Source: Scandinavium sp. (GTDB taxonomy: Bacteria; Pseudomonadota; Gammaproteobacteria; Enterobacterales; Enterobacteriaceae). From it: a stretch of DNA of 32,000 bases. The notes below the pieces were generated by a model. That model made no database searches and was not told the origin of the DNA. It saw only the letters and a list, made by a program, of their open reading frames with translations. The stretch is from positions 32,852 through 64,851 of the forward strand of contig DASXML010000060.1 in the NCBI GenBank assembly GCA_036495715.1, in the 5' to 3' direction. This document shows positions 30,449 through 32,000 of the stretch, piece after piece (position 1 is the stretch's first letter; every line of letters begins with the position of its first letter). A program made the position numbers and the translations under genes.

Positions 30449-31495
30449 TTACTGCGGGCGGCGGCGGCCTAGCGCAACGCCCGCGCCGATCAGAGCACCC
30501 ACGATACCCCACATCACCATTAAAAATACGCGACGCGGACTGTCGCGTTTTACTGGCTCTTCTGGCGTACGCAAATAGCGATATGTCTGAAAACGGGGGG
30601 CTAAGGTGGGTCCAACGTCTAATGTGGTCAGCATTGCACGGTTCTGATCATAGTCGAGATCAAACTCCGGGCCGACGGCTTGCAGGTTTTCCATTCGCGC
30701 TTGCAACATTGGACGGCCCAGCAGGAATAATTCGGAGTCAGGCAGTTGCTCCGCCGGTACGTCCGTTTCACTGCGCGAGATATTATTCTGTTGTGCCACT
30801 TTCAGCGCTTGCTGAACGCTATGAATATTACGGTCGAAAATGGTCTGAGCGACCTCTTCCTGGCGCTTCACCTGTGCTTTCATCTGAACAGTACGCGCCG
30901 CCCAGGCACCTTTCAGTTCGTCATTCAAATGACCCGCCGCGCGCTGGCTAGCGAAAGCGACGTACTGACGCAATAGGTTGTTGGCATCCGGAGCCGTTTC
31001 TGCCACCAGCTTGACGCTGTCATTCAGATTTTTCAGTGGATCGCCTGGCGTAAACTGAATGTCATCGATTTGATCGTCCAACAGTGCCGCATCTGCCCGC
31101 GCGTTGCCCGATTTGCGCTGTTTGTAATAATCCGTTTGCAGCCAAAACTCGCGACGCGTATCCCAGGAGGCGAGTTGCATGATGAACTCTTTGTAGGATT
31201 CATCCATAACCGAAGGCTGATCGGCGCTCACCAGATTCGCTTTGATGTCCAGATTGTGTAAAAACTGCTGCTGCGAATAATAACCGCCCAACATACTGAC
31301 CGTCGGTCGGTCAGTGATCGCCGTAGCGCTCCACTCTTGTCGGGCAAAAAAAGTGTAGACGAGAGCAATCAGAGCAAAAAGAACAGCGGTCCCGACAATC
31401 CAGCGTTTCCCAGCCCATAACGTGCAAAACAGACCGCGAATATCCAGTTCATTTTCAGCGCTCACTGAGCTTGCTCCCGGTAATGGTTGTGTCAT
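30449..31495 (-). CDS. wzzE: ECA chain-length modulator WzzE (PCP-1 family)
   Basis: 348 aa, [32 protein letters not shown].... It has N- and C-terminal TM segments and the same length as E. coli WzzE. Confidence 0.95.
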   Translation of the reverse strand: MTQPLPGASSVSAENELDIRGLFCTLWAGKRWIVGTAVLFALIALVYTFFARQEWSATAITDRPTVSMLGGYYSQQQFLHNLDIKANLVSADQPSVMDESYKEFIMQLASWDTRREFWLQTDYYKQRKSGNARADAALLDDQIDDIQFTPGDPLKNLNDSVKLVAETAPDANNLLRQYVAFASQRAAGHLNDELKGAWAARTVQMKAQVKRQEEVAQTIFDRNIHSVQQALKVAQQNNISRSETDVPAEQLPDSELFLLGRPMLQARMENLQAVGPEFDLDYDQNRAMLTTLDVGPTLAPRFQTYRYLRTPEEPVKRDSPRRVFLMVMWGIVGALIGAGVALGRRRPQ

Positions 31496-31515
31496 CTCTC
31501 TTCCAGATTTTTGAG

Positions 31516-32000
31516 TTAAATTGGACGTGTGGAGCTTTTACGACGCATTCTTCTTTTCACTCGCTTAATAAAGCGGGCTACTTTCCAGGCACGTTTAATA
31601 CAATAGCCATACATAAAGAAAGCAACCAGGAACAGGAGCAACATTCCCCATTCAGGCACGACATGCGTATATTCCCCGAGCACCCCAATACCTGCCAACA
31701 ATGCGGCAGCCAGAGTAATCAGGACAAATGCCTGGCGAGAAGTGAAGCCTGCACGCATGATCAGATGATGAATATGTTGACGGTCAGGTGAGAAAGGACT
31801 CATTCCTTTGCGTAAGCGACGGTACATAATCGCCACCATATCCATCAGGGGGATCGCAATAATCCACAGCGCCGTCACTGGACTAATAGGATGAGTTTTC
31901 CCTTGGGTGGTTTCCAGCAGGATCCAGATAACGGTAAAACCGATTAATGTGCTCCCTGCATCTCCCATAAAGACTTTATAGCGTCGACCGAGGATACCTA
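31516..32000 (-). CDS. wecA: UDP-GlcNAc:undecaprenyl-phosphate GlcNAc-1-phosphate transferase WecA (Rfe), C-terminal part; 5' end lies beyond the window
   Basis: ...MGDAGSTLIGFTVIWILLETTQGKTHPISPVTALWIIAIPLMDMVAIMYRRLRKGMSPFSPDRQHIHHLIMRAGF... is near-identical to the E. coli WecA C-terminal third. The frame stays open to position 32000. Confidence 0.93.
   Translation of the reverse strand, partial: GILGRRYKVFMGDAGSTLIGFTVIWILLETTQGKTHPISPVTALWIIAIPLMDMVAIMYRRLRKGMSPFSPDRQHIHHLIMRAGFTSRQAFVLITLAAALLAGIGVLGEYTHVVPEWGMLLLFLVAFFMYGYCIKRAWKVARFIKRVKRRMRRKSSTRPI

Overview
This window is a core chromosomal segment of an Enterobacteriaceae genome. It is a close relative of E. coli, Salmonella, Citrobacter or Enterobacter but is not E. 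coli K-12: proteins match my recollection of the K-12 orthologues at roughly 80-95%. It is colinear with the E. coli 85-86 min region. The gene order is yigI'-rarD-[2 non-K-12 genes]-corA-uvrD-yigB-xerC-yigA-dapF-lptM(yifL)-cyaY-cyaA-hemCDXY-[MFS pseudogene]-glmZ-tRNA operon argX-hisR-leuT-proM-yifK, followed by the ECA (wec/rff) operon wecG...wecA'. Almost every base is explained by well-known housekeeping genes. Many adjacent genes have overlapping stop and start codons (ATGA/TTGA). I found no CRISPR array, transposase, phage integrase, toxin-antitoxin pair or recognisable defence system, so I cannot honestly claim a clear novel system. Four places differ from the canonical layout. (1) rffG and rffH in the ECA operon are reduced to two short stubs (about 170 bp instead of about 1.95 kb), while the other 10 ECA genes are intact. 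(2) A translationally coupled membrane desaturase-like gene plus a signal-less PhnD-type binding-protein gene sits where K-12 has yigF/yigG, and its 3' end overlaps the corA 3' end antisense. (3) An AT-rich insert between hemY and glmZ contains twin identical-stem hairpins, a 20-bp palindrome and a frame-disrupted MFS transporter gene; aslA/aslB are absent. (4) glmZ has a sigma54-type promoter with three TGTC-N10-GACA upstream sites. Homology statements rest on motif recognition and memory of K-12 sequences, because no search could be run.
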